Shown here one piece after another: positions 13,186 through 25,965 of a stretch of DNA of 64,000 nt. Every line of letters starts with the position of its first letter. The first letter of the stretch is position 1. The stretch is from Lepidodermella squamata (taxonomy: Eukaryota; Animalia; Gastrotricha): positions 124,001 to 188,000 of the forward strand of contig JBLDXI010000004.1 in assembly GCA_047495785.1 (NCBI GenBank), in the 5' to 3' direction. Under the pieces are notes generated by a model that saw nothing but the letters and a program-made list of their open reading frames with translations, was not told the DNA's origin and did not search any database. The position numbers were made by a program, and so were the translations under genes.

Positions 13186-16100
13186 CAGGGTGTTCTTTTT
13201 AAAACCGAACATCCGCCGCGCGCGTTGGAAAATCGCGTGCTACCGCAAATTTTTATGCACAAAATTAAATATCCTTTTAAAAATATTTTTATTTTATTAT
13301 ATTAATAATTTTTTTTAAATAAAAATTTTGTTGCTACGGAAAAGCGTGCTGCGCGATGCCGCGCGTTTTCGCGTTTTAGCCGCTCCGCGCACCGCAAGTT
13401 CCCCGGCGCGCAACTTCATCCCCGTAATTCCGCATTTTATCACCGGTGACGACACCTTTGTTAGTGTTTTTCTGATAGCATTTCAAGCATTTAATAAGGC
13501 AGCCGGCGTCATTTTTTCTAAATATGGCTCAATTAGACGTATGCGCTAAGCCTAAACAAGCCATTTTTATGCCGTTTTTCGCAGATCTTAAGCGTTTAAC
13601 CCCGGAAACTTTCACCTAAGTGCGGTTATACCTTGCGGAAACAGTGTTTCTAAGTACAGTAATGTATTCTCTACAAGATTACCACAGCCGTTTTTGTAGG
13701 ATGATGGTTATTTTTAGCACGTCTGCCCTAACAGCCAGCCGGTCTTTCAGAGCATAGATCTCATTATCACCATCTTCAAGGAGGTCTATGCCTTCAAATC
13801 ACCCGTCAAAAACACTGTCTCTCATTGTTTTCTTGTAAAGCAGAGTAAATACTACTTAGTTACCGTTACTTTTTGGAGGGTCACCGCGGTTTTTCACTTG
13901 CTGCTGCTATGGATGCATTCTGTCGATAAATAGAGTTTTTTGGGATATTCGGAACATTTACAATGTTAGCAAACAATTCAGCGGTCAAATGGGGGCTCAA
14001 ATGAGTGAATTCACTAGGAGACGTAAATACTTTGACAATGAAACAAGAAAAAGTCGGTGTTGCCATACTAACTCGTGAGCAGGAGGGACTTCCTTCTGCC
14101 ATACCTGCTGTGTTAGATCTCATCCTCTGGCCAGATGAACGATCTTCAAGGTGGTCCATGTCATGAATTTTGCTTAATTAGCATTGTTACTCATTGTTTT
14201 CTGGTAGAATAGAGTGTAAATTTCTTAGTTACCATGTCTTTTTGGGGGGTCACCGTGGTTTTTCTCGTTTTACGGCTTAGGATGCATTTAGACGTTAAAA
14301 TGGAGTTATTCGGGTTTATCGGAACATTTATTGATGCTGGGAAATAATCAACGGTCAGATATGGGTAAAATTGGGTGATTTTGCTTGGAGACTATATCAA
14401 TATGACGACAAAGCAGAAAAAAGCTAGTGTTGCCGTCGTAATTCGAGCGCAGGATCGACTTTCGTCTGCCCTACACACTCTGGTTAGACGTCATCATTGA
14501 GTCAGATCAGCAACCTTAAGGATAGCCCATTTCATGAAATAATCTGGTAAGAACAATCTTTCTCATGGTTTTCTTGTAGAATAAACTGTATATTTCTTAG
14601 TTACCGTTACTTTTAGGTTGGACAACGCGGTTTTCCGCTTTAAGTGGCTTGGCATGCATTTTTCGGGTTTTTTCGGGTTTTTCGGGATATTTTTGGTCGT
14701 AGCAAATAATTTAGCGGTTAAATTTTGGCTAACATAAGTGAACTTGCTAAGAGAAGATGTCAGTTTGACAATAAAGCAGAAAAATGCTGGTGTTGCCGCC
14801 CTAACTCGAGCGCTGGGTCGGCTTTCTGATACCATACCATCCTTGTTAGATGACGTTTCAACGCGTTGTAGCCGCAATCCTTCGTGATTTATGGGGCCAT
14901 ATGACGTCGATGCATGAATTTTAGGCATTGTGTGAATATATTGCTTTAATCGTGTTAAAATTCTGCAAAAGACTTCACCCGTTGACACATTTCAGCCGCT
15001 GCTACTGGTTTTCAGCGGTCGCATTAGGGCTAAGGTTTGAAATCGTTTGTTTTCGCTTATTCTTCTATTTCTCCGGGAAATTCAGCGGGTTATATTATTG
15101 TGATTTATTGCGCTTGAAGTTACATCAATCAAATAGTTTACCACTAAAATATTACAAGAAACGTAAAATCTATGCGAGAATGCTGGACTGTTCTTACAGG
15201 ACGCGTAGAATCAGAGATCAAAGGGATGCATATAAAAGACAAAGACTGGCGTGGTGTTAAACTTGCTTTGTTACCGCAGTCTCACAAACAGTTAAACCCG
15301 CCCGCAACTGCGGTTACCGCAGGGAAATGGATGACAGGACACGGGCATCACCACGGAATATTCCCGCCGGTGCCCTGCGCCGCCGCAAACGAGTGATCAT
15401 TGTCTGAATAAGATCTCGGTTATCAGTCCTAAGCGTTGTCTCAGTCATCGGCTGTTTTCAAATCTCCGGCGGATCCAGTGATACCAATGAATTTTTCGCC
15501 GAAAATGATGCTAAATTCTCACTCTTAACGACTCACGCCGCGCGCCGGATGCTGCCAATGATGTTAAAGTTTACATGACGTTTTGTTAAACACTCAACTT
15601 ACTCATACTCATACTCATACTTGATCTTGATCTGAATGGTGCAAATAAACGGCTGTTCATAGCCTAGCGATGTTGATTTTCCATGCTATGGATGTTAAGG
15701 ATGCATTTATGAGTAAAAGAGATGCTAAGCGCTCTCTTTACTTGAAAGCAATCTTGCTATAAGGAATTCCTTACTAAGGATGTCCTTACTAAGCAAGACA
15801 TCCTTAGCAAGATGGCTTCCAAGTAAGGACGCGGTGTCACTGGTATGCTTGGTAGGAATGGCTTACTCAACAATCCTTACTCAGACTTCGCCGCTTCAGA
15901 CTGAGCGATCTAAGGATCTGATCTCAGATGGACCTGTGCACCTTAAAAGACGCGGCGTAGAGTGAAGAGTGAGTGTCCATAGTTATGACTATTAAGATGA
16001 CAGTCCTTACTAAGCACCAAGCTACGCTGACTTGTAAACCACTATCCTTAGTAAGGAACATGACTGATGTTACGAACAGCAGTAAACGAAATAAACTGAG

Positions 16101-16972
16101 CGGCTAAACCATCGTAATCTAAAATACCTTGTATTTTTTCTTTTTGATATTATGAACATGTTCTACGAGACAGCTTTGATGATAACGGTGGTAACGCCTT
16201 TGAGATCAGCTTTGATTAGTCTATAGAAGTTAGCTACGGCTTCACTGCGGACGACGAAGTATCACACAAGGATGAGAGAGCATCAAGGATAAAGAAGGAA
16301 GGCAACATCTCTTCCGCATCAGCAACATCTATGCCAGTAAATTCGACATGTTTCCCCTCAGCTTTCCGTTTATTTGCATGATACCACTGCCCTTTTCATC
16401 GTGAAACAGCTAGTTGCATTGCATTTCGCCCAGAAAAGGGTGCCGTTCTCTGATCCGCGGACTGAAACTTGAGCGACAAGTTTTCAAGGCCGCTAGTTAT
16501 ATCATTAGACTCCTCAAGACAGCAGAAAACCACGTTGCACCGCCGTCTTCTTGATTCCAGCGGTGGATTTCAACGGCAAGGAAGCGCAATTTAAGGCTCT
16601 TTTCACCGATTTTGGGTATACCACATTGCGAAAACTGAGACCGAATAAGAAAAAACGGCGCGGCTAAAACATTTAGCTCGCTTAACTGACTTGAATGATG
16701 CGCGGCAAGGAGCCGCGCGCTTGCTGGTTACCTTAGGAACCAGGCGCGAAAACCCTGATTTCAGGCGTTTTAACCGCTAAAATTTAAAAACCGACGCGTC
16801 GACGTGGCAACGCGCGCTAAAATTCAAGGGCATCGTGCAATTGAAAATAAAATTAAAAATTTATATTAAAAGTGATAAAAAATTATTTTAGTAAAATTAT
16901 TTTCGTAAAATAGCCGGCAAATTTATTTTTCGCGACTACGGCAGGATGTTCGGTTTTAAAAAGAACACCCTG
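13186..16972. mobile_element. Large non-autonomous Tc1/mariner-type element (3.8 kb)
   Basis: 29-bp perfect TIR cagggtgttctttttaaaaccgaacatcc at both ends and a TA target duplication (13184-85, 16973-74). No transposase ORF. Contains internal ~370-bp diverged repeats. Confidence 0.88.
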
Positions 16973-17781
16973 TATATATTGTTATTTTTAAATAAAGTTT
17001 ATTTTTTGAAGCTGACGTTTTATCACTGATTTATTCACGTATGTTGCTTCAAAATGGTTGCTTGGCATGATTCTACAGCAGTAGGGATATATTCACAGGT
17101 TATTGATTCAAGGTATGCGGTATGATCATAATGAGTCCAGCTTTCTCCAGCTCGTTTTACGTGTTTTACGGACTTGTACTATTTCGTCAAGTGGAACGTT
17201 ACCTGGAGAGAGCTGGAATTTTCCACAGCGAATATTTCCACCTCTTTCCACGTGTTAGAGCGAATTTCCAGCTAATTTCAGCTTCCGTTTAACATTCCAG
17301 CTCTCTTCAGCAAATAAATGCCGATATGGGGTCTGCAAAAATTGTTTCATATTAGGAAGTACTAACTATTTGATCTTAGTAATAATACAGGCAAATGGGT
17401 ACTAATAGAAAAAAGGCAGTTCAACTCCGGGGAGCTTGATAACACTCTGGCTAACTCACAAATTAAATTCAAGTGGAATTTAAAGTTGAAAGAGTAGTTA
17501 GGACTAAGATCTAAGATGGTAGTTAAACAGGCGAATAATGTATTTCTCTTCAATATGCAATATAATCAAGTTCAGTAAGAAGATCAGTGACATCATAAGG
17601 TTGTGACTCAAGATCTCAAGGTGTCATTATCCTTCCCTTCCTATAATAACATGATATAGTTGATATGGTAAAGAGGTAAGTAAGTGTATCAGTGAACATT
17701 TATGCTGAACTGAGGTCAGGTAGCTACTTAACTATCAGCTGAGACCATGAAGACCATGTGTAAGACGGATCTATAGAGATC

Positions 17782-18710
17782 GCACATTTCCCCATCCGCC
17801 GGCGTTTCCTCCGCGCGCGCGCTCCTATTGGCTGGGACTTGTTGCGCAACAACTAAGATAATTACTGCCTTAGTGCGCGCGCGCAATAACGAGAGCAAAA
17901 ACGACTGCGCCCTGCGATGAGTCAGCGAAATGCTTTCAAAAAAATAAAAAGGCTTAAATTTAGGCAGATTTTCTTGTCGAAAAACTGGACAACATTTGGA
18001 TTATCATGTAACGGGATTTGTTCTTATTTACCTATCGATTAAATAGAATATAGAAAATGGTGCGCGCGGAAAATTTAAATTTTAGGTAACGAATTGCGAA
18101 AGCGCGCACCGATGGCAGGAGCTGTTTTCAGTGAATTTATAATTTCATCAGAATATAGCTTCAGACTCTAACCATTTAATTATTTTCGCGCAATATCGAA
18201 TTGATCGAAAAATGTTTCTTGCCCTTGAAAGTTTGTGCGTATGAAAAGTTACCGCTTATTACCAGAGCCGCTTATAATATGGAAAAATTCCTTAGAATTA
18301 TCAAAAGCGCTTTTAAAAATGTAGAAAAATTGCGATTTCATAAAAGCGACATAATATCATGATGAACCATGGTGGCGCGATTTTATTTTGCTTGGAAATA
18401 TTTTTGAGCGCCCATTCGATTGTAAGTGTAAGGCATCACTGTTTCTCACAAATCTTTTTGATTTGCAATTTTCTGAAACTTGGTACTAATTGAAAAATGT
18501 ACTCTCGATGCGCGCGCTTCACATGATATACTGGACTTGTTCAATTCGGGTTGGCTGACTTGTGGTTTTCTTGTGACTTTGCAACGCGCGCGCAGAAAGC
18601 TGCAATTATTTGTTGCGCAATAAATGCGCGCAACGTGCGGTTACGCGTAAATTTAACCAACCAATAGGCATGCGCACGCGGAGGAAACACCGGCGGATGG
18701 GGAAATGTGC
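17782..18710. mobile_element. Mutator-like non-autonomous element
   Basis: ~50-bp near-perfect TIR gcacatttccccatccgccgg... and a perfect 9-bp TSD atagagatc (17773-17781, 18711-18719). Confidence 0.88.
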
Positions 18711-19905
18711 ATAGAGATCTACGGATGGTTTGAGATGACAAATGGTAAGATCAGAGAGCGAAGTTCCGTTAGGGAGTCCGAGGTCCGAGTCGGGTTTGGG
18801 TCCGACTTTTTGGACCCGGGGCCAATTCTGGGTCGGGATCATCCAGTTCAATCGGCAAACTCAATCCATAAGCAAATGGGGTCCTTGTGTCGATTACCCC
18901 GATCTCCTCCCACTTCTCCTGTCCTACTTCGCTCTTTGAGTAAGATGATATGATAATGAGTTCTGATGAGTCCCGCTGTAACAGAGATGGAACAGGTGGA
19001 ACAGACCTCAACCTAGCACCTAGCACTCGTCCCGCCTTTACTTTGAGCCCCGCCGTCTTCCCGCGTCGCCGCGGGTTTTCAAATTCAAGGTTGCGCGCGC
19101 GTGAAATTTTTTTCATTTTCCGTCGAATATTTCCGCTTGAAATTATCACCACCATGTGACAGTATTTCCATTATTGCTCATCTTGCTAACCGTTGCGCAT
19201 ATTGAGAATCAGCCAATAAAATGCCGATTTTTCTTGATCTGATGGCTCTCGCTCAGCTCATTTCGAGAGCGACCCCTTTTAAACGCGACGTTATTAAAAA
19301 CGCTAAAAGAAAAAATCTTCGACGAATGTAGCATGACTTTCGTTTTCATTTTCAGCAATTTATGTTGGGCGATGAAATTCCACGAGCTTCTCTGAACTGA
19401 ACCAACTGCCATCGCTACAAGGTACAAGGAAATTAGATCATACGTGTGTCGTGATCGTTGACTAGGCATTATTACCATATGTTGAGTTTTAAAGTTTGAG
19501 TTCGAGGGTGAATAACCTATTGGCCCCAACAATGTTCAACCTGGATGTGGACACCTTCAATAATATCACTTTTATCATATCACTGCTGCAAGAGTTCCGT
19601 CGGGTATTTCATACGATAGCCATTGAGCCTCCAATTCGAATGGCCATATTAAAAATTAGAGCGACACTAATATTTATGCCATTTGAGCTTAGCTGCTGGC
19701 ATCAGTCGAAACTCGAAAATAAAAATTTACTGCGACGCTACGTACACATCGTAAGAGTTGTTTTTCATTCACAAAAATTGTTGGGCGCGTGTGACTTTTG
19801 GCGAGAGTATTTTTTCTGAACAGCTCGTGCGTAAAACCTGTCATTCAATAGGCCACTTGCCCATTTCATTTCGAATTTTCGAGTCAAATTTAAAAAGGTT
19901 TTGTT

Positions 19906-22633
19906 ATGGATAAAGCTCTACGCCTCGTTTTATTATTAAGCTCCCTTGGAGCAGCCTCTACACAAGAGTACAAACGCTGCTTTTCGCGCTTAAATGACAG
20001 TTTCACTGGATGTAAGACTGCTTGTTCAGTTCTCGATGAAGTTCAGGCAAGTTTCAGCTTGATTTTCAGATTTTTCCTGATTTCCAACTTGACCAAATTT
20101 TAGCTTGGATTGCAGTTGAACTCCCTGGCTGCATGCAAAGCTGGTGTTAGTTTTTGATCCGATTTACAATTTTTCAAAAATGATTTGATTGCCTCTTGTA
20201 ATAGGCTGCTCGAAGCTGTTTCAACTACAAAACGATCAACATGCGATGCATTCCACGAAATCTTGGCTGCGATAAAAACGATGAAGTTCAGGTTGTTTTT
20301 CAAAGTTATCAATAAAATTAGCCTAATTTCTCCATCTTAAAATTTCATAGACTGCTGAGTTTCTGGGCAACGTCTTCGAATCACAATACAACATATGCAG
20401 ATCTAAAATCAAAAATTTTCTGGTAGATTTTTCAATTTCTTTTCTAACAATTTTATTTTATTGTTTTTATCCAAAGAGCACCCAAGCAAACGTGTGCGAC
20501 GCAAATGGCCAGCGAACCTGTATCCCAGTTGACGGCCCATGTCCCAATAGCGGTGTAAGTTTAAAAGTAATTTTGGGGTCTTTCAATTATCACCTACTAT
20601 TCTTTGATTTCATAGAATGTGGTTGGCAATCGAGATACAATGCAGATATGCTTGGCGCAGGAGAACAGTAATTTCGAAATTTCGATAATTCTTAGATTCA
20701 ATATTCTCACATATTTTTATTTTTTGATAAATTGATATTCTGGTAACTTGATAATTTCGAAATTTCGATAATTTCAAAGAAATTGCGCACCGCTCTAAAA
20801 CGAGTAAAAACTGGTTTGGCAATCAGCTACAATCAGTTTTCCGAAAAAATGAAAATTTATTTTAAAAAAATTATTCTTCGGCTTTTAGGATGGTCTAAAC
20901 GGCTATAAAAATGTGTTTCAGACGGTGTTTAATCGATACTCAGAAGATAGGTTTTACGGTGAAAAATTGCGAGCTGTGATATGATTGGAGACAAAATTTT
21001 TATTTTTATGAAGAATTTTTAGGTGTACCTATAGTCCCACAATCTATTGCTACTGATGGGTAATAAAATTTGGGATTTGGGACTGATTGTTACGGGATTC
21101 AGTAATTGGTAATTATTTCTCTATATAAGTATCCCTTTTTAAATATTTTCAAATTTACAGATTTTGGCCTTTGATTTTTTTTATAATTTCAGTCGTTAGG
21201 AATAACGCCGATTTTCAGCTGCACTATCGATGCTTTCTTCAGAGCGACCGATCCTTCGTCGGCTGCCAATCAACGCCTTGCAATGCCAACTCAATGACCC
21301 AGGTTTGGCGGCTTTTCAAATGCAGAATTAATTTTTTTTAATTTTTTCTAATGTTTTCAGTCTTACAGCGGCGACACTTACATTGACCGGTTCCACTGCG
21401 TCGCTGGCGTTGGTTTCTCATAAAAAATGTCTCTCGAAATTCCATCTGTAATTTTTGCAGCCTGCTGCCCTCTGCTCGACAATGGATGGCTTGGTTTGCC
21501 GCAATTCGTGCCCGTCCCCCATGTCTATGGTAAGATAGGCGCATGATTAAGTGTTGACGGGCTATTTTTCGATCCTTATCGCGCCCGAAATACAGCTAAT
21601 ATGTGGGATGATTGTTTGAAATCTTTCAGGATACGATATTCAAAGCAAAATCGGACTTTTCGGGCAATTACGCTGACTGTCTACAATCGACAACCGATTT
21701 GTTAGTTTTTCGCAACATCAGCTTTATAATTTTCAAAAATCCGGCTATAGATGCTTCGAAGGGTTTTACGAATGGAGGACCCCTTTCTTGAGAGGTCCAA
21801 AGAGAATCCAAAAAACCACAGGGAAGAGAGTTAGCTCAGATAATTCGGGCTTTAATTTAAAGTTCATGACGGGTCGGTTGGATATTGAAATTCCAATTCC
21901 AATTAAAAGCTCTGCTCTACGATTTAGGAATAAATTCTTAGTCGGGAAAGTTCAAGACGGGTAGGGTGAATATTATAACTTCATCATGAAACGTTTTCCC
22001 CCAAAATTGGAGAGCTTTTTAGTTGGTAGTTGACCTACCTTTGGTACTGTGCTGGTCTAGCCTATTTTCTAGCCCAGTCTATTTTTGAAAATATTTGTAA
22101 CCAGATTTCAAATGTGCATTTCTTCAAATGGAACGACGACCTGCCGATCAATTTCAGCCGAAAGATGCTATGATAACGAGAATCGTTTCCCGCTAAATGT
22201 CAATTTCACGAGCGTATCGAACTGTCAGAACGCCGCTAAGCAGTTCTTCATCTTGCCAACTTCGACTTCGACCAATACGATGACACGAACTCAGGCTGTT
22301 TCTGCGTGCCTCAACGAGAATGGGCGTATTGCGATGCCGAAAACAACGGACGAGCTGGTACAGGCGCGTCAAGTACTTATTCCGACGTTCGGTTTTCCTC
22401 CGCCTGTCAACTTTTTGGGTGCTTGGGTTGGTCTGAGAAATGTTAACAATACGCAGCTGACGTGGGATGACGGGTCGCTTTACAACCTCATCTCGGATGA
22501 TTGGGGTGCGGCTGCTTCGTTCGATTGCGTTACCATTGGTCGCAGAGACTCTGACGCATACAAGTTCTATCCATCTTCTTGTAACGCCACTGACCACTAC
22601 TACGTCGTCTGCGAAACGTACATCTCAAGCTGA
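19906..22633 (+). CDS. Gene B: secreted Cys-rich repeat protein with C-terminal C-type lectin domain (~11 exons)
   Basis: Signal peptide MDKALRLVLLLSSLGAAST, then EYKRCFSRLNDSFTGC. Exons are phase-consistent if intron 1 is GC-AG. The last exon (~22105-22633) has ACLNENGRIA...AWVGL...LTWDDGS...DCV...C...YVVCE. Confidence 0.82.
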
Positions 22634-25600
22634 GGATTGATTCATATTGGCTACTGGCTATGCTTCAATTGTCTTGCAATAATAGGGCACATGACATTTT
22701 AGAGACAGGTCTGTTGTAAAAATCTGCTCAATGCATGGCTCACTGTTCATGTTAGTGTATCGTATTTTGATCCTGTTAAATAAATAATCACAAGCGCAAG
22801 TTTTTTATTTGTTTACTGATGCGGACATTCAGCCATGGCTCAAAACATTTAAAGGCCATTCGCAATGTCATTATTCCCAAGGGCGACCGTCAAATTATTC
22901 ATTAGTTTGTCCAATGGTGACTGGTCAAGGCAGGTTTTGCGACACAGCGCAAAGGTAGGGAAAGACATTCCATGCAGCTCTTTTTCGCGACACCTGCCAT
23001 ACACCAGGGCGCATTCTTGTAGATCCCTTTGGCGGATCAGATGCGAACATAGCAGATTTTCCTTGAACAGCTTGAAACACTAAGTCAACAGTTCGATCAA
23101 GTTGCGCACAGTTTCGTGTGTCTATAATCGAGCTCTTGCTGAAAAAATTGGAAAAAGTGAGTGCCGCCAGTTGGAAAAAAGAGAACGCCCAGTTGCCTCG
23201 CAATAGTTAATTCGGAATTAGGTAGGAGGCCGGAGCAAGGAGCAAGCTTTTCTATATTGTTTTATCGTTATGTAATGTTTACATATAATATCCGGGTTAT
23301 TTTTCGCTGCGCAGCTATGAAATTCGAATAAAAAAGTTGAGTTGAAAAATTTAATCATAGTGCCGCCGGCATTGCGTGGGGACTGATTTTTAAGAAACGA
23401 CCTTATTTTATTAATTAACAGGGGTTCATATCTTCGAATTATTAATAAAACAATATTTCAAACCATGGAAAAATATAAAAAGGCTTCCGTATTGGTTTTC
23501 ACATCAATTTATTAATGAGAACTGGCGCGCAATCAGGTTTGTGGCTGGTGTTAGGCAGTGGTTCGTGTTGCCCGTGGGTTGGGCTCGTCAAGTTAACTTT
23601 CGGCTGTCTGGCAGTGTATTAGTGCTTATTTTAAGTTGCGGCATTGTATTGTTTGATCAATTTTTGCTATTGTAGGCGGCAGTGGAGTGGTTAAGCAGCA
23701 TATTTTTCAGATTATCAGTTAGATCGGCTTGTTGCTGGCTGTTCTTCTGCAACTCATGACTTTGAAGATGAGCAAGCGACCATGTTTTGGTCTGAATTAG
23801 GAGCGCTTTGCTGTGAATTGAAACTCCTTATATCCAGAACACCACTCGTTTTCATAAATTTCGGGAATTTCTCGCGGAGTTACTCTGATTCACATTTTAG
23901 ATGCTATTGGAGTTCACAGGTTAGAGATGGGGTTTAATGGATGCTCCTTGTTTATGTTGGCTTGGCATGAGAGTACTAGAATTTACTTTCTTAATGCTTT
24001 TCTGTCTAAGAATTCAATCTAATTTTGCCCTAGGGTCTCTTTGCTGTCTTTCTAAAACCGAAGTTACGGCGTCGATGCACTCGGGGACGTTATGTGTTAT
24101 GTGCATTTGATGCTGGTTGGAGTCTCGAGTGTGACATCATTTTCATCTTGAACTTCTTGATAACTGGTAATGGCGGTCCGCTAGGGTTGTAATATCTCTA
24201 GGCTTCTCACTCTAGGATCGAATGAGTGATAGAAAAATGTTAGGCAACATGTAAAGTTTGAAATGCTTCAGGCTGTTGCTGTTTGGGCTTTTGTGAGCTA
24301 GCGTGTTTGAATGCAAGGCGAGTGTGGATCAGGGTGGCGCTGCGTAAACACTCTGATTTAAGTTTGCACATTTAAGGTGACTAATAACTAGTAAGAATCC
24401 GACTTTAGGCCTTTCATTTTAAGTCAACTGAACTTTCATTAGTTTCGGTCGTTAGCCAGATTATTTCCGAGTTGCTTATCTGGCAGCGCTAACAATATCC
24501 ATCCACACTCACACTAGCTAATCACGAGTTGCGGATGGGTAGCTAAATAACTAACGCTTGAAGCCAACAAAGCAATGAAGAATTGGATGCTATAACCAAG
24601 ACTTGTTAAGAAATTTCACGATGAATTTGTTTCATTTTGACTTCCGTCTTGCTTTGAAATGTATGATGATTATTTACAAAATTCAGTCGTGAGGTTAAAT
24701 TGCGTTAATGTCTCATGTATGTGTAGAGTGGTAATTTCCATTTTTTTCTTAGAATTTATCGATCAAACTTAAAATGGCTAGTCAAAAGGAGAATACGATG
24801 CGCCCGATACGATCTATACCTTAAGCAGTCGGCCCTTCAGGCGCTTGACTCGCGGCAGACTAAATCAAAGCAAGAGAAACCAAACCGAAGATACTGGATG
24901 TGTTATTCAGCCACGACCACAAATGGTACTTTTAATGTTGAATTTCTTGAAAAATTGGAATTATTTTCAAGGGATCGGAGAACTCTTCTAGAAGATAGTT
25001 ACGAAAATAACTCTATCGTGGATCTATATGAGCCAAAGTAAAATGGTTGAATCCAGGAGCGTGGTATGTTAACATTTCAACTGTTGTTCAGCCGCAATAT
25101 TATTATTCTGATTATTTTCTCAGGTAGTCTGAGATTATTGAGACAGTTTTGGTATCGATTTCGGCTCTGTCGAAAATAAATTGGCGCAAGAGAAATATCG
25201 TCAATAATCGAGCTAAAATTCAACGTTGTCTTTGTTTGAATGTCGCAGTTCAACTGTTACTTATTGAATTTCTAAATCATTTTTCGAGGTAAAAATGCCA
25301 ATAAAATTTCGAAACCAAAAGTGTAATTTTTCTGTGAAAATCTGTTGAAATCCATCTTAATTATCGATCGAGTGGCTGTTGCTGATGACGAAGGATGGCC
25401 CACTGCTCTATATCTGACAGGCTTTCATTCATGCAGAGATTGAAGCAGAAGCTACAAATGGCGAAAATATTTCACAACCACCAATAAAAAAGCCGGCCTT
25501 GGGACCGGTTCCGGGAAAAAACCGCGGAAGGCCTTTACAATGCTAGCATTGCCCTCAGGATTATATACACGAATTAGCACGCAAATAAGAAATATTGCGA

Positions 25601-25719
25601 ACAAGCCCGCTATCGAAGGCGAAACTGTTAGAGCGAGAAGAAAGCCAGCAAATGAATTATATATTTTTCGCATATTTCTTCGCAGCCGAAATTTTAACCT
25701 GAGCAGCACAACTACAGCG

Positions 25720-25965
25720 TGTCCCATAAGTAAGGCACGCAAAGAAAATACACGGAAAAGGGCTCAGAAAATTTAAAATGCGAGGCGAAGTCACGCCTCG
25801 TGGCCAGAAAATTTTTAGAAAAATTCAAAATATCACACGTAATCAATTTTGCTTCACTCTAAGTGAGATTAAAAATTCCGGAGAAATTTGGCCCAACCCG
25901 GTAAAATACCGAAAATTACCGAACCAGTTACCATCGGGATTTTCCGGGATTTCTCCGGTAAATCT
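25720..25965 (+). repeat. Dispersed repeat family member
   Basis: The core ccggtaaaataccgaaaattaccgaaccagttaccatcgggattttccggg recurs inverted at ~36368-36640, ~41008-41270 and partially at ~56985-57045. Confidence 0.8.
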
